A DNA stretch of 64,000 bases from Chloroflexota bacterium (GCA_027623195.1 JAQBUT010000007.1:1-64000), one strand, 5' to 3'; positions 30,913 to 41,219 are shown, counted from the first letter of the stretch. Made by a program: numbers and translations. The notes: a model not told the origin generated them from the sequence alone.

Positions 30913-31197
30913 CTAATATACGTCCAGCGTGAACCTGGCGCCGTCAGGCGTATCCTTGAAATCCAGGACAGCGTCCGACATCTGCTCAGATAGCGATGGC
31001 GCCATGACTAGCGCCGTGCGGCCTCCTCTTCCGAACACCTCGTCGTCGTCGTCCGATTCGGAGATCGATATACCCCAGTCGCCCTCTCCGATCCAAACTG
31101 GAGGCGTCGCCAACCGTAGGAATTTATCGTTCTCCAGGCCCCGTCCATCAGCAATTCGAAAGAGCTCGTCTATAGCGCTGTCTGTAACCGTCAACAA
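30913..31197 (-). CDS. HesB/IscA-like small protein lacking cysteines
   Basis: MLTVTDSA, LRL, DDEVF, LDF pattern; no Cys. Confidence 0.65.
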   Translation of the reverse strand: MLTVTDSAIDELFRIADGRGLENDKFLRLATPPVWIGEGDWGISISESDDDDEVFGRGGRTALVMAPSLSEQMSDAVLDFKDTPDGARFTLDVY

Positions 31198-31328
31198 TGC
31201 ATCCCCATTTTAGTTAAGAATCCAAAATATATTGATCATATATCCTGCGTAGGACACACATCATATACCCAATGGGCTCTCCTGCATGGCCCTATTTCAA
31301 CATTACTATTCTTGCATAGCCACCAAAG

Positions 31329-32882
31329 CTATGGGTTGGCATTCGGGTTATTATTTGGCCAATTCTCGGGATGCATCTCCACCAAGTCGTTAACGTAAAT
31401 CATCAACATTGAGTTATTCACTGCGATGCCGACAATCAAGCACATTAATACTATTTGCCAGGCTCTGTTCTTAATTCCAACATACCCTGCGTGAACAATT
31501 ATCAGCCATGGTAGAAGGCTAGCTGCTGAAAATATAAAACTCTCTCGTGGATCGAAAAAGATAAATAGGGCTATGTATACCAGTTCAAAAAGCAAAATCC
31601 CGGAGGCCCATTTCCCGGCCTTAGCCGGAGATCTATTTACACCGACAAGACATCTAAGGGCAAAAACAGAAAACGCCACGGCCAATATGATCCATAGAAT
31701 GGGCAACTGGCCGAATATCAAAAGGTCTGGATTACCATACGAATTAGGGTGAACTATAGGTCCTATCACTGAAAAGACCAGCAAATTCAAGGGCACAAGT
31801 ATGTACCAAACCGGGTCAATCAAATTTCGGATATTGGCCCAAGTTTGGATGATATCGACGGCGTCAGTACTTAGAAACAAAGCGTAAGGAATAAAAAATG
31901 TGACGCCCAGGTATAAGCCATACCGCAGAACCAGTACCAACATGCGTCGTGTAAGGAAATTTCTAAGCACGTAGGATGTCCACGGAATAATCGCCAGCAG
32001 CAACTGTTGCGGAGCTGCGAATGCTGCCAAGGCATTGGAGCCCACAAGTGCAAGCCGTGTCGATTTGGCGCCTGACTGCGAAATCAAAACCAACAAGAAG
32101 ATGTTGGTGGCCAGTGTGGTGATGATATGAGTATCCGGGAAGCTGGAGAAGATCCAAATTGAGGCCGCGAATCCGTATATCGACGTAAAAAGCACGGCTG
32201 ACAGCTTGTCTCGATGACTAGCCAGAAAAATCCGAAAGGCGAGGTATACATTCATGACGCCAGCAAGGGCAACCGGAAATACGAATGATAAGTTCAGACC
32301 TATTGGATCCTCGAAAAATATGCCGGTTGCCGCCCGCGCGATTCTAAACAGAGGTACCGCGAAGACTACAAAAGCGATGTGCCTATGGGCTCCCCACCCG
32401 TCCATGACTGCAAAGTAAATTCTCTTTACATTGTCGGCTCCAAACAGCCAATCCGCACTTAGGGGATGAGACTGGATCGAGAAGGTAAGGAGGTAGCCAA
32501 AAAAAATAGGGCCAAGCACGACTATGTGGAGAAGAATGAGCCAAGGACGAACAGGCTTCTCAAGAAGTGCGGCAAGGCCGGGGGAGATCTTTTGAAGCGG
32601 TACAAGCCTCTGCGGCAAAAGGAACCCGACACTTAGAAGCAGCGCCGCCAATCCGCCTGATATCAGTGCTAGTCGAAGGAGGTCGAAGTTCCGATAGCTG
32701 TCGAAGCCCAGTCGCTCAGCGGCCAAGGCAATGATGACAAGCAACACGCCCATTACGCATCCGCCAGCCCCCAGCAGCCTTCCCCAGGTGAGGAAGCTTA
32801 GCTCAAAGGACAACCCTTTGCTCACAGCCCGGGCAATACGGGCTTGAGCGCTCATGAGGTTGTTGGAATTTGTTTGCGACAA
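31329..32882 (-). CDS. Polytopic membrane protein, possibly GT-C fold glycosyltransferase-like
   Basis: 517 aa, more than 10 TM segments; visibly more AT-rich than flanks; function is a guess. Confidence 0.6.
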   Translation of the reverse strand: MSQTNSNNLMSAQARIARAVSKGLSFELSFLTWGRLLGAGGCVMGVLLVIIALAAERLGFDSYRNFDLLRLALISGGLAALLLSVGFLLPQRLVPLQKISPGLAALLEKPVRPWLILLHIVVLGPIFFGYLLTFSIQSHPLSADWLFGADNVKRIYFAVMDGWGAHRHIAFVVFAVPLFRIARAATGIFFEDPIGLNLSFVFPVALAGVMNVYLAFRIFLASHRDKLSAVLFTSIYGFAASIWIFSSFPDTHIITTLATNIFLLVLISQSGAKSTRLALVGSNALAAFAAPQQLLLAIIPWTSYVLRNFLTRRMLVLVLRYGLYLGVTFFIPYALFLSTDAVDIIQTWANIRNLIDPVWYILVPLNLLVFSVIGPIVHPNSYGNPDLLIFGQLPILWIILAVAFSVFALRCLVGVNRSPAKAGKWASGILLFELVYIALFIFFDPRESFIFSAASLLPWLIIVHAGYVGIKNRAWQIVLMCLIVGIAVNNSMLMIYVNDLVEMHPENWPNNNPNANP

Positions 32883-33143
32883 ATTTTCTGCCCTTTGTTA
32901 ACGCCCAGGCGCTAAACCAGGGATTCCCCGCCTCATTTGTAGCTGTGGCGGATTCTGATCGACTCAAGTGCCATCCATAAATTATGGGACACGCTTTGCA
33001 GGTTGTAACTGTTTTTCGCACAGCATGGATGCATTTTCCCCGCTGAAAATGGGCGTGCACATGCAAAGACTAACAAGGCATAGTGAATAGGTTTGGGTAT
33101 GAGGAGTGAATTAAACGTTAGGCTGAAATGCCGAAGATAGTAA

Positions 33144-33220
33144 TGGTGGGGCATCGTGGACTCGAACCACGGACCTCAGTCTTATCAGGACTGCGCTCTA
33201 ACCAACTGAGCTAATGCCCC
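33144..33220 (-). tRNA. tRNA-Ile(GAT)
   Basis: GGGGCATTAGCTCAGTTGGTTAGAGCG CAGTC-CTGATAA-GACTG AGGTCCGTGGTTCGAGTCCACGATGCCCCACCA. Confidence 0.97.
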
Positions 33221-33240
33221 ATATATATGGGCCGCATAAC

Positions 33241-33657
33241 CTATTCTTTGGCTGTGCCCGTCACAGGGTCAAACTCTACCACGATTTCCACCGGTGTATT
33301 TCGAGCCACAATCAACTCCAAAGGTTCCGACGTACTGTCGTTCACCGGCTGATGGACGGAATCCTGCGGCACGTAGATGAAATCCCCTGCGGATATCTCC
33401 AAAGTCTTTTCCAGGTGCTTCCCTGTAAGGAATTTGCCCTTACCTTTGGAAACGTAGATAGCAGACTCACAGTTCACGTGGTAATGCGGACTGGATGCAC
33501 ACGCAGGCGGTATCGTTGCGATGGCCAGATGAATACCTTCCGTCCCGGCCAACGATTTCGATACGCCAGCCAGGCGAGTCATGGCCCCGGAGGCCACCTC
33601 CACCTCTAGCTGGTCTTTGCGTATTACCTTGCATTCGGCGTCCAGTTGCTTGTCCAC
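33241..33657 (-). CDS. Cupin domain protein
   Basis: SSPHYHVNCESAIY and GDFIYVPQDSVHQP motifs; GTG start 7 nt after TATACT. Confidence 0.88.
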   Translation of the reverse strand: MDKQLDAECKVIRKDQLEVEVASGAMTRLAGVSKSLAGTEGIHLAIATIPPACASSPHYHVNCESAIYVSKGKGKFLTGKHLEKTLEISAGDFIYVPQDSVHQPVNDSTSEPLELIVARNTPVEIVVEFDPVTGTAKE

Positions 33658-33727
33658 GAGGCAAAGTATATCATCCAACCATTCTCAAGGGAAGCCAATA
33701 TTCTCCCTCTGGGGTGGCGTCAACACA

Positions 33728-34159
33728 GTGCCAAAAGTAGACTTTCGATTCCATTACACTCTGCGAGTCAGATGGGGCGAGTGCGACGCCCAGGGAATCG
33801 TATTCAACGCCCAATACCTGAACTACATTGAGGTGGCTCATGCCGAGTACTACCGCAATCTGGGTGTGCTGTTGTACGACGAGGAGTCACGGAAACGCTT
33901 CGATGTGGCGACAGTCAACGTAACGCTGAATTACATAGCTCCAGCCAAGGTAGACGACCTGTTGGACATCTACATGCGAGTGATGGAAATAGGCAACAGC
34001 AGCATAAAGGTATCGGTAGAGATGCATCGGCAGACACCGGAGGAACCGCTAACCACTGGGGAGGTTGTGTACGTGGCCTATGATTCCGACCAGGAGAAGT
34101 CTCGACCTGTCCCGGACGGCGTGCGTGAGTTAATTATCGGCTTCGAGGGAATTGGCTAG
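33728..34159 (+). CDS. Acyl-CoA thioesterase (4HBT/YbgC family)
   Basis: LRVRWGECDAQGIVFNAQYLNY, IGNSSI, SRPVP. Confidence 0.9.
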   Translation: MPKVDFRFHYTLRVRWGECDAQGIVFNAQYLNYIEVAHAEYYRNLGVLLYDEESRKRFDVATVNVTLNYIAPAKVDDLLDIYMRVMEIGNSSIKVSVEMHRQTPEEPLTTGEVVYVAYDSDQEKSRPVPDGVRELIIGFEGIG

Positions 34160-34175
34160 CCAAGAAAGGTCCAGT

Positions 34176-34403
34176 CTAATTTCGGCCAATTGCCACTACT
34201 GCTTCCCGCTCTGCGGTGGTAATCAAAGGCTCGGTCGCTCCTGTAGGCAAGTGCTCTTCCGCGCGCCAGGTCACCAGGGCAGCAGCGGTGAGAGCTATGG
34301 TCAGAAGAATTAGCATGCTCAGTATCATTTCATCGGCGAACGCCATGGAGGATACCTGCAGTATCGCAGTCAGCCCGATGACTTTGAGCGCTAGTTTGAC
34401 CAT
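34176..34403 (-). CDS. Small membrane protein
   Basis: Two hydrophobic segments; ATG after GGAGG and upstream TATAAT. Confidence 0.55.
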   Translation of the reverse strand: MVKLALKVIGLTAILQVSSMAFADEMILSMLILLTIALTAAALVTWRAEEHLPTGATEPLITTAEREAVVAIGRN

Positions 34404-34534
34404 TGGGTGCCTCCACGCATAATGCGTCATGTTGGCACCCATTATACCCACCGTACAGGCATGCATCAAATAAGCGATGCCTTACTAATTCATAACCTGA
34501 GCCTAATTGTTTTTAGAAAAAGAAGTGGCAGGTG

Positions 34535-34885
34535 TTATTGACCCAGATCGACCTTGGCTATGACGGCTGCGTTGGCCATGATCGTCCTGTCGCCTGAGCC
34601 TTCTCGGCCCTCGATTTCCAGCCCGCCCTGCACTACCTTGAGCACGCCTTTGCCATGAGGCAAAACGGACAAAACCGTCGCCTCGTCCACCTGGTCTGGC
34701 TGCGGAATACCAACGGTTACTTCCACCACCATGTTCTTGGCCGCATCTGGCCCAAGCTGACTAAGAAGCATAAGGCTGCTCTGATGGACTGCGTTCCATA
34801 CGGCCCGCCTTGCCGCTTCCGTGTAGTTGTGTCCGTGAAGGTCGATTCCCATTCCCATTTCCAAGACAACCGGCTGTAGAGCCAT
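34535..34885 (-). CDS. Lin0512 family protein
   Basis: EMGMGIDLHG, AARRAV, LPHG, VVQGGL, ANAAV. Confidence 0.85.
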   Translation of the reverse strand: MALQPVVLEMGMGIDLHGHNYTEAARRAVWNAVHQSSLMLLSQLGPDAAKNMVVEVTVGIPQPDQVDEATVLSVLPHGKGVLKVVQGGLEIEGREGSGDRTIMANAAVIAKVDLGQ

Positions 34886-35003
34886 AATTCTTCCCTCCAA
34901 TATTAGCTAGGGTGTGATGTCGGTGAGATAGTATGGCATATCGCTGTGTCGAGAGCCATGGGAGGCTGACTCCGCCTTGAATGCAAAAGAATCCAAAAGT
35001 TTC

Positions 35004-35032
35004 TTGAGCAGTTGGTGCGGACTTGCTAGAAT
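35004..35032 (+). promoter_or_regulatory. Sigma70-type promoter of tRNA-Gly
   Basis: TTGAGC-17 nt-TAGAAT, 22 nt upstream of the tRNA. Confidence 0.6.
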
Positions 35033-35054
35033 GCGGTTACACAACCTCCACCGA

Positions 35055-35129
35055 GCGGGAGTAACTCAGTGGTAGAGTTCTTGCTTCCCAAGCAAGCTGT
35101 CGCGGGTTCGAATCCCGTCTCCCGCTCCA
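35055..35129 (+). tRNA. tRNA-Gly(CCC)
   Basis: GCGGGAG...CTTGC-TTCCCAA-GCAAG...GGTTCGAATCCC...CTCCCGCTCCA. Confidence 0.97.
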
Positions 35130-35234
35130 AAAGCCATTCCCAAATGAAAACGCCCCGTGACGCTTACCATACTCGGCCTACATCACAGGGCTTCTCGCTG
35201 AATCCATTACCAGAGGCAACTTTTGGCCGGGTCA

Positions 35235-35516
35235 CTAGTCTTCGTCGGTGCGTACAATCTCGACCTTGATGTTAACCAGAAGGGCAGCCAGAGCCCCCAG
35301 CGCGGCCAGCACCGGCGAAAGTAATGTCAGGGCTGTGCCTACCGCCACACTCGCCGTCAGGGGTATTTCTAGCAGGGTCTTGTCGTCCTGGTTCTTGATG
35401 ATAAGCCGGCGGACATTGCCCTCTTCCACCAGGCCTTTCACCCGGTCGACTAGTTCTCCTCCGGCAATCTCTATCGTCTCTGTCCACGTACGTTCCGTCT
35501 TGGTTTCCTGTGTCAT
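35235..35516 (-). CDS. DUF4342 domain protein
   Basis: ELVDRVKGLVEEGNVRRLIIK...LLEIPLT; AGGAGGAG RBS. Confidence 0.85.
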   Translation of the reverse strand: MTQETKTERTWTETIEIAGGELVDRVKGLVEEGNVRRLIIKNQDDKTLLEIPLTASVAVGTALTLLSPVLAALGALAALLVNIKVEIVRTDED

Positions 35517-35643
35517 ATCACTCCTCCTCATTTAATGGCCATTTCCCCACCCATAACCTATCCAAATAGGCGTGAGGAATGCATGAGAAGTTGTCCTAGG
35601 AGATACAGGACTTCAGCCGAAGACGCCCACGACCGAATCTATT

Positions 35644-35719
35644 AGGGGAGCCACTCGGTGGTAGAATTCCTGCTTCGTGGCGCAAGCTGTCGCGGGTTCG
35701 AGTCCCTTCGCCCGCTCCA
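35644..35719 (+). pseudogene. Degenerate copy of tRNA-Gly
   Basis: By hand about 61/75 identical to 35055-35129; mismatches in all stems, anticodon loop changed to 8 nt. Confidence 0.85.
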
Positions 35720-35858
35720 GTGCTTCGTCCACCCACTTGGCATTTTCTGCCCTCCAACGCGCACACCGTTTCGCAACCAGGGTCTTGGGGTTATTTTAAT
35801 AATAGGTAGCCGAACTTCTTGGTTGGGCTAAACTATTGAGTTCGTCTGGAGTAGGGAC

Positions 35859-36029
35859 GTGACCGATTCCAAGGTTCAAAAAAGTGGTTCTCTGAGAACA
35901 ATCATGCTGGTGCTAGGGCTTCTTCTGCTGGCGTCGACGGTGGCCTATATGCAGGTTTCCGAACACCGAGCGCCTCGCCCGGCTTTTGCGGACCAGCACT
36001 CCCCCGACCGCGTTATCGCCTCGCAATGA
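35859..36029 (+). CDS. Short ORF consisting mostly of a signal peptide (possible remnant)
   Basis: GGAG RBS, GTG start, MTDSKVQKSGSLRTIMLVLGLLLLASTVAY...PAFADQH, 56 aa. Confidence 0.35.
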   Translation: MTDSKVQKSGSLRTIMLVLGLLLLASTVAYMQVSEHRAPRPAFADQHSPDRVIASQ

Positions 36030-36416
36030 GCCAAACGAGACTTTGCAGCGCCGGGTCATTGGCACCGGAGCGGCAACCTGGGAGATTCCACCAAATAGGG
36101 ACTAGCCTTGCATTACGCTTATTATTGGCCCCGCCATCAACGCGGGGCCAATTTTCGTACGATTGGCATTTGGTAGGCAAAAGGGAAAGACTTTTGTAAT
36201 TTGATCGGATGGGAACGTTAATGAAAGGCAATTGCGTCACTACCATGTCCGTTCACAAGAACTTATCATGTGACATGACTCCTAATGGATATTGAGCGGA
36301 CTATCAGACTGAGACTGGCCAAGGACAAACTGGCATCGCATCCGTACCCAGACAGGATTTTGCGGTATCATTAAGATTGTCTGGTACGGTAAGTCTTAAC
36401 TGTGGCGCGAAGATAA

Positions 36417-37710
36417 ATGCTTGACCGTATGCCCAAAATTCTAACGCTCCTGGTAACTGCGGCGGTGATTTCCGTCGCAGGCGTACTAGTAACGAGCCAA
36501 ATCTCCTGGGCAACGCAGAGGGACACCCCTTCTCAGCAAAAGGCTGGCGGAGCATCCGGAAGCCCCGCGTCCTTTCACGCGCTGCCGGCAAACAAGGTTT
36601 ACTGGGCCGACGCGGGGTTTTCAGTCGATGGCGCGGCCAGTGTTATGCGAGCCGATTTTACCGGGACGCCAGTGGAGAACGGGGCATCTATCGAGGCAGT
36701 TGTCACCGATCGCAAATCCGTCAATGGCGTTGCCGTAGACCCGGCGGGAGGCCGAATTTACTGGTCTGACAACTTCGGTCCTTTCAGGTCAGATCTAAAC
36801 GGAACGACCATTGAGGATCTCCTCCCCCCCCTTCCCGGACGTAGCCTCGGCCAGCATTTTCGCCGACCTCAAAAACGGTAAGGTATACTGGGCATCGCCA
36901 GCGCAACGCAAAGTCCAAAGGGCCAACCTGGACGGCACCAACCCTGAGGACGATTACGCCCTCTTTTTCCCCTTTGCTGCAGGAGTCGCCGTGGACCCGA
37001 TCGGTCAACGTGTCTACTGGGCGAGCAACGGAGACACTCCAGGAGACCTTACAGACGGGAAGATCCTGCGTTCGATAAACCTCGGGATACCGGGTCCCCG
37101 ACTGAACCGGGGAGGCGAACCCGATGGAAACTATGAAATCATCGTGACATCCGTCGCTTCGTCCACGCCAACAAGTCTCAGTGATCCTGCAGGCCTTGCC
37201 CTGGATCTTTCCGCCGGCAAAGTCTACTGGGCAGACCTCACGGGTGGGAAAATACAGAGGGCTAATCTGGATGGCACCAACGCAGAGGACATTCTGACTG
37301 GACTATCGTTGCCGTACGGCATAGCCCTGGACCCAATCAACGGCCACATGTACTGGACGGAGCGAATCATAGCACCAAGGATCGTGCGCGCAGACCTGGA
37401 TGGAAGCAACCAGCAGGTCATTCTGGCAGGTCTAAACGACCCCTGGGGCCTAACCATGGACGTGGACCGTTGCCCTGCCTTGACTAGCGTCACGCCGCTG
37501 GATAACGACGCTGACTGGCGATGTGAGGATATCAATGCCAACGGGAGACAGGACTTCCAGGACGTGGTAGCGCTATTTCAGGACCTATCGGCTGCAGGCG
37601 ATCCTGCCAAGCAGTTCTACTTCGACTTCAACAGCAATAATGGCGTGGACTTCAATGACGTTGTAACGCTGTTCCAGGACCTGGCTACACTGGTGGGGGT
37701 GCTGCCCTAA
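36417..37710 (+). pseudogene. Secreted YWTD-like beta-propeller protein with C-terminal dockerin-like domain, frameshifted at C8 run 36824-36831
   Basis: Signal peptide; KVYWAD, RIYWSD, KVYWAS, HMYWTE and RANLDGT repeats continue across two frames; duplicated EF-hand-like DxNxNGxxDFxDVVxLFQDL. Confidence 0.8.
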
Positions 37711-38446
37711 CGCGATCCAGCCCTGAGGCTTCGGGGCGAACCCAGATCTGCGTGGCGATGTCGTAGCTAAACACCACGGGCTTGCCGTCGCATCGCAGGC
37801 TGACCACCCTACGGGGATAGTCTACCTCTTCAACAATAGCTACCTGGCCTGGTATCAGCTTGTTGAACACGAAATACTCCAGCAGCGCCTGGTCATCCTC
37901 AGGCACCCTATCAATGGTCACCTTCTGCCCAGGTGAGGCGTGATCAAGGGTCTTCACACTCTTGTCCGGCTTGTAACCGCTGCCTGGTATGGGGTGTCCA
38001 AATGGACAGGTCGAAGGGTTGCCTAATTTCTCCCTGATCTTCTCTTCCAGCTCAGGCGATATGGCGTGTTCCAGCCTATGTGCTTCCTCGTGCGCGTTTT
38101 CCAGTTCCATGCCCAGCAGGTCGACGACCAGCCTCTCGGCGAGGCGGTGCCTCCGAACGATACTCTCGGCGTAGGGCTTCCCTTTAGATGTCAGCACCAC
38201 ATCCTTAGCGGAGGTAGTCTCAACCAAACCCTCACGAGCCATTCGACGAATCATGCCCCCAACAGTTGGCAAGGATGTCCCCAACCCCTCAGCCTGGGGC
38301 AACATCTTCAGATGCTCCGCCAACTGGGTAAGCGTTACCCGGACATTCTGTTCGTTCAGGCGCAAAATCGACAGGAGGTAGTTTTCCATGGCCATGGATA
38401 GCCTGGACTCCGCCGCGTCGTGACTGTGGATTCTTGTTCCTGCCAT
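37685..38446 (-). CDS. DtxR/MntR family metal-dependent regulator with FeoA-like domain
   Basis: ENYLLSI, RRHRLAERL, AHEEAHRLEHAIS, CPFGHPIP. Confidence 0.93.
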   Translation of the reverse strand: MAGTRIHSHDAAESRLSMAMENYLLSILRLNEQNVRVTLTQLAEHLKMLPQAEGLGTSLPTVGGMIRRMAREGLVETTSAKDVVLTSKGKPYAESIVRRHRLAERLVVDLLGMELENAHEEAHRLEHAISPELEEKIREKLGNPSTCPFGHPIPGSGYKPDKSVKTLDHASPGQKVTIDRVPEDDQALLEYFVFNKLIPGQVAIVEEVDYPRRVVSLRCDGKPVVFSYDIATQIWVRPEASGLDRVRAAPPPV

Positions 38447-38529
38447 TTTTTATTCTCAGCGAAATGATATTTTGCATTAGCAGGCGACCCCAACCAGGGG
38501 TGCTTACCGCCTATTGTAGCTTATAGTAT

Positions 38530-39591
38530 TCAGTCGTCTCCGTCGGCGCGGAAGGCCCTCATAGGCGAATTGCTGGCAGGGATGAGGGTCACCCTGTCGC
38601 CAGGCGCTAACTTGGACTGGAATGGCTGTCTACAGTTCAACTTGGCTCCGGAGGGCATCCTAACCACCAGCATGTTCTCGCCCCCACGGAAGTCCCTGGC
38701 CTCGATAACGGATGCGCCCATAGGGTCCTTGATGACTCGGAAATCGTCCGGCTGCACCATCAGGCTAACGTCGCTACCCTCCTCGATGGCTCCTGCGCCG
38801 CTGGAGAACGGCAGGTCTCCGATCTCCGTAACCACAAAACCATTGGTAGCCTTGCCCTTCAGAAAGTCGCATGTGCGGCAAAACCTTGCGACGAAGGCGC
38901 TAACCGGCGTGCGGTAAATGTTGTCCGGAGTATCGATCTGCTCCAGCCTGCCATTGCGCATTATGCCAACCCGGTCTGCCATGGCGAAGGCCTCGTCGCG
39001 GTCGTGGGTAACAAACACCGTCGCGATGTTACTGCTGCGGACAATCCGCTCCACCTCGCCGCGCATCTCCCGTCGCATGCCCGTGTCGAGGTTGCTGAAG
39101 GGCTCGTCCAACAGCGCTACCACGGGCCTTGGAGCGAGCGTCCGGGCCAGGGCCACGCGCTGCTGCTGTCCGCCCGAGAGTTCGTGAGGATACCTCCCCT
39201 CCAGGCCGACAAGCTGCACCAGGTCCATAACCTCCACCAGCCTACGCTCACGTTCCGGCTTCGGCATGCCCTTCAAACCAAAAGAGACGTTCTGGGCGAC
39301 GGTCATGTGCGGAAAAAGGGCGTATTCCTGAAATACCATCCCTACGTTTCTGCGGTCGGGAGCCAGGTGGTTGCTTTTGGAAGACGCCACTTTGCCACTG
39401 ATGTAGACCTCGCCGCCGTCTACGTCATCAAAACCGGCTATCAGTCTAAGCAGAGACGTCTTGCCGCATCCGCTGGGTCCTAATATGGAGAGAATCTCCC
39501 CCGGCATCAACTCGAAGCCTACGTCGTCCACGGCGAGTACCCCTCCGTGGCGTTTCGTGACCCCCGAGCAACGCACAATTGCCTCGTTCAC
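38530..39591 (-). CDS. Fe3+ ABC transporter ATP-binding protein (FbpC-like)
   Basis: GPSGCGKT, LSGGQQQRVALAR, LLDEPFSNLD. Confidence 0.92.
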   Translation of the reverse strand: MNEAIVRCSGVTKRHGGVLAVDDVGFELMPGEILSILGPSGCGKTSLLRLIAGFDDVDGGEVYISGKVASSKSNHLAPDRRNVGMVFQEYALFPHMTVAQNVSFGLKGMPKPERERRLVEVMDLVQLVGLEGRYPHELSGGQQQRVALARTLAPRPVVALLDEPFSNLDTGMRREMRGEVERIVRSSNIATVFVTHDRDEAFAMADRVGIMRNGRLEQIDTPDNIYRTPVSAFVARFCRTCDFLKGKATNGFVVTEIGDLPFSSGAGAIEEGSDVSLMVQPDDFRVIKDPMGASVIEARDFRGGENMLVVRMPSGAKLNCRQPFQSKLAPGDRVTLIPASNSPMRAFRADGDD

Positions 39592-41219
39592 GCCCTAAGA
39601 CCCCTCTCCCGAATTATAAGGAAACCCATTGGCAACGATGATATCAGAATCAGCAGAAGCGCCGGCGCAGCTGCCCGAGCGAAGAAGGCCTCAGACGAGG
39701 CAGACCAAACAGAGGTTGCCAGCGTCTTGAAGCCCAAAGGCCCCAGGATTAGCGTAGCCGGCAGCTCCTTCATCGTCAGGAGGAAAACCATGGCGGCGCC
39801 CATGATTAGCCCGGAACGCATCAGAGGAATCGTAATCCTTATTAGGACCCCAATCTGGCCGTAACCCAGGCCTCTGGCGGCGTCTTCTAAACGAGGATTA
39901 ATCTGCAGGAGCGAAGACCGGACAGACCCCAGCGCTACAGGAAAGAACAGGACGGCGTATGCGAAGACCAGCAGAACAGTCGTCTGATAAACAGGCCCGG
40001 CATAGCGCGCACCAAAGAATACCAACGCCAACGCCACAACCACTCCCGGAAGAGCGTAGCCGACGTAGCTGACAGGCTCCATAAGCCTGTTCAAAAAAGA
40101 GGGGTATCGCACTACCAGAGCGGCCACAGGCATGGCAAGCAAAACCGTTGCCAGCGCGGCCGACACCGAGACCATGACAGAGTTCTGCGTAGCCTGCCAC
40201 AGTAGTAGCAACGGCTCACCTGCGGCCACACCGCGCACCAGCCAGTAGACCAGCACCGCTGTGGGTAATACCAGCGCCAGGGTCGCTATCAAGCCCAGAA
40301 AAAGGATGGCGGGCCACTTCCAGGCTCCTAGTCTGTGAACACGGTGGTCTCTGGACGACCCCGACCCGCTACGAAAGTACCTTTGCCGTCCCCTGGAATA
40401 GGTCTCCATGAGAAGCACAACTACGGCCATGGCCACCAGCAGCAGAGAGAAAAGCGCCGCCAGCGACCGGTCCAGGGCGGACTCGTACTGCTGGAATATT
40501 ACCCAGGTGAATGTGGGAAAGCGCATTAGCGATACGGCGCCAAAGTCGCTGAGGGTGTACAGCCCAACCAGAAGTGAACCCGCCGCTATGGAGGGACGAA
40601 GCTGGGGTAGCGTGACCCGCCGGAAGGTACTGAACGCGCTGTGTCCCAGGCCCCTGGCCGCCTCTTCCGCAGAGGAATCCAAGTTGGATATGGCGCCCCT
40701 TATAGTCAGAAAGAGGTATGGGTAGCTCAGCAGTCCCAGGATAAACGTAGCGCCAACAAGCCCGCGAATGTCGGGAAGACGCTCCAGGCCAAACAACGCG
40801 CCCAATGCCTGCTGCATCAGGCCTGTAGGACCCATGAACGATATGAAGAGAAAGGCTCCGACGAAACTGGGAATCACCAGCGGCAGAGCCGCAAGCATAG
40901 TCCACATTCCTCTGAAGGGCAGGTCTGTGCGAGAAGTCAGCCAGGCCATGGGCACGGCGATCAGAGCCGACATGGAAGTCACGGTTGCGATGAGCAGCGC
41001 CGTTCTACCCAGAATCATCGCCGTCCGCATTCGGAACAGAACGTCCCAGGCCTCCTCCCCTGCGTCGGCGCTGCGAATCAGAAGGTATGCCACCGGCACA
41101 AGCATTGCCAGGGCTACCAGCGATGCAGGCGCCAGAATCGTTACAGGCGGCAACCGCAGCCCGGCGCCCGCGGAGGTGCGGCCTGAATTGAAAACGCCTA
41201 TGGGGTTCAATGTAGCCAA
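39588..41219 (-). CDS. Fe3+ ABC transporter permease (FbpB-like)
   Basis: Two EAA loops (EEAARGLG, EDAARGLG), LSDFG, MKELPATL. Confidence 0.92.
   Translation of the reverse strand: MATLNPIGVFNSGRTSAGAGLRLPPVTILAPASLVALAMLVPVAYLLIRSADAGEEAWDVLFRMRTAMILGRTALLIATVTSMSALIAVPMAWLTSRTDLPFRGMWTMLAALPLVIPSFVGAFLFISFMGPTGLMQQALGALFGLERLPDIRGLVGATFILGLLSYPYLFLTIRGAISNLDSSAEEAARGLGHSAFSTFRRVTLPQLRPSIAAGSLLVGLYTLSDFGAVSLMRFPTFTWVIFQQYESALDRSLAALFSLLLVAMAVVVLLMETYSRGRQRYFRSGSGSSRDHRVHRLGAWKWPAILFLGLIATLALVLPTAVLVYWLVRGVAAGEPLLLLWQATQNSVMVSVSAALATVLLAMPVAALVVRYPSFLNRLMEPVSYVGYALPGVVVALALVFFGARYAGPVYQTTVLLVFAYAVLFFPVALGSVRSSLLQINPRLEDAARGLGYGQIGVLIRITIPLMRSGLIMGAAMVFLLTMKELPATLILGPLGFKTLATSVWSASSEAFFARAAAPALLLILISSLPMGFLIIRERGLRA

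Noticed and set aside
30913..31197. HesB-like gene as a second selenoprotein
   Set aside because: No in-frame TGA and no Cys in the ORF
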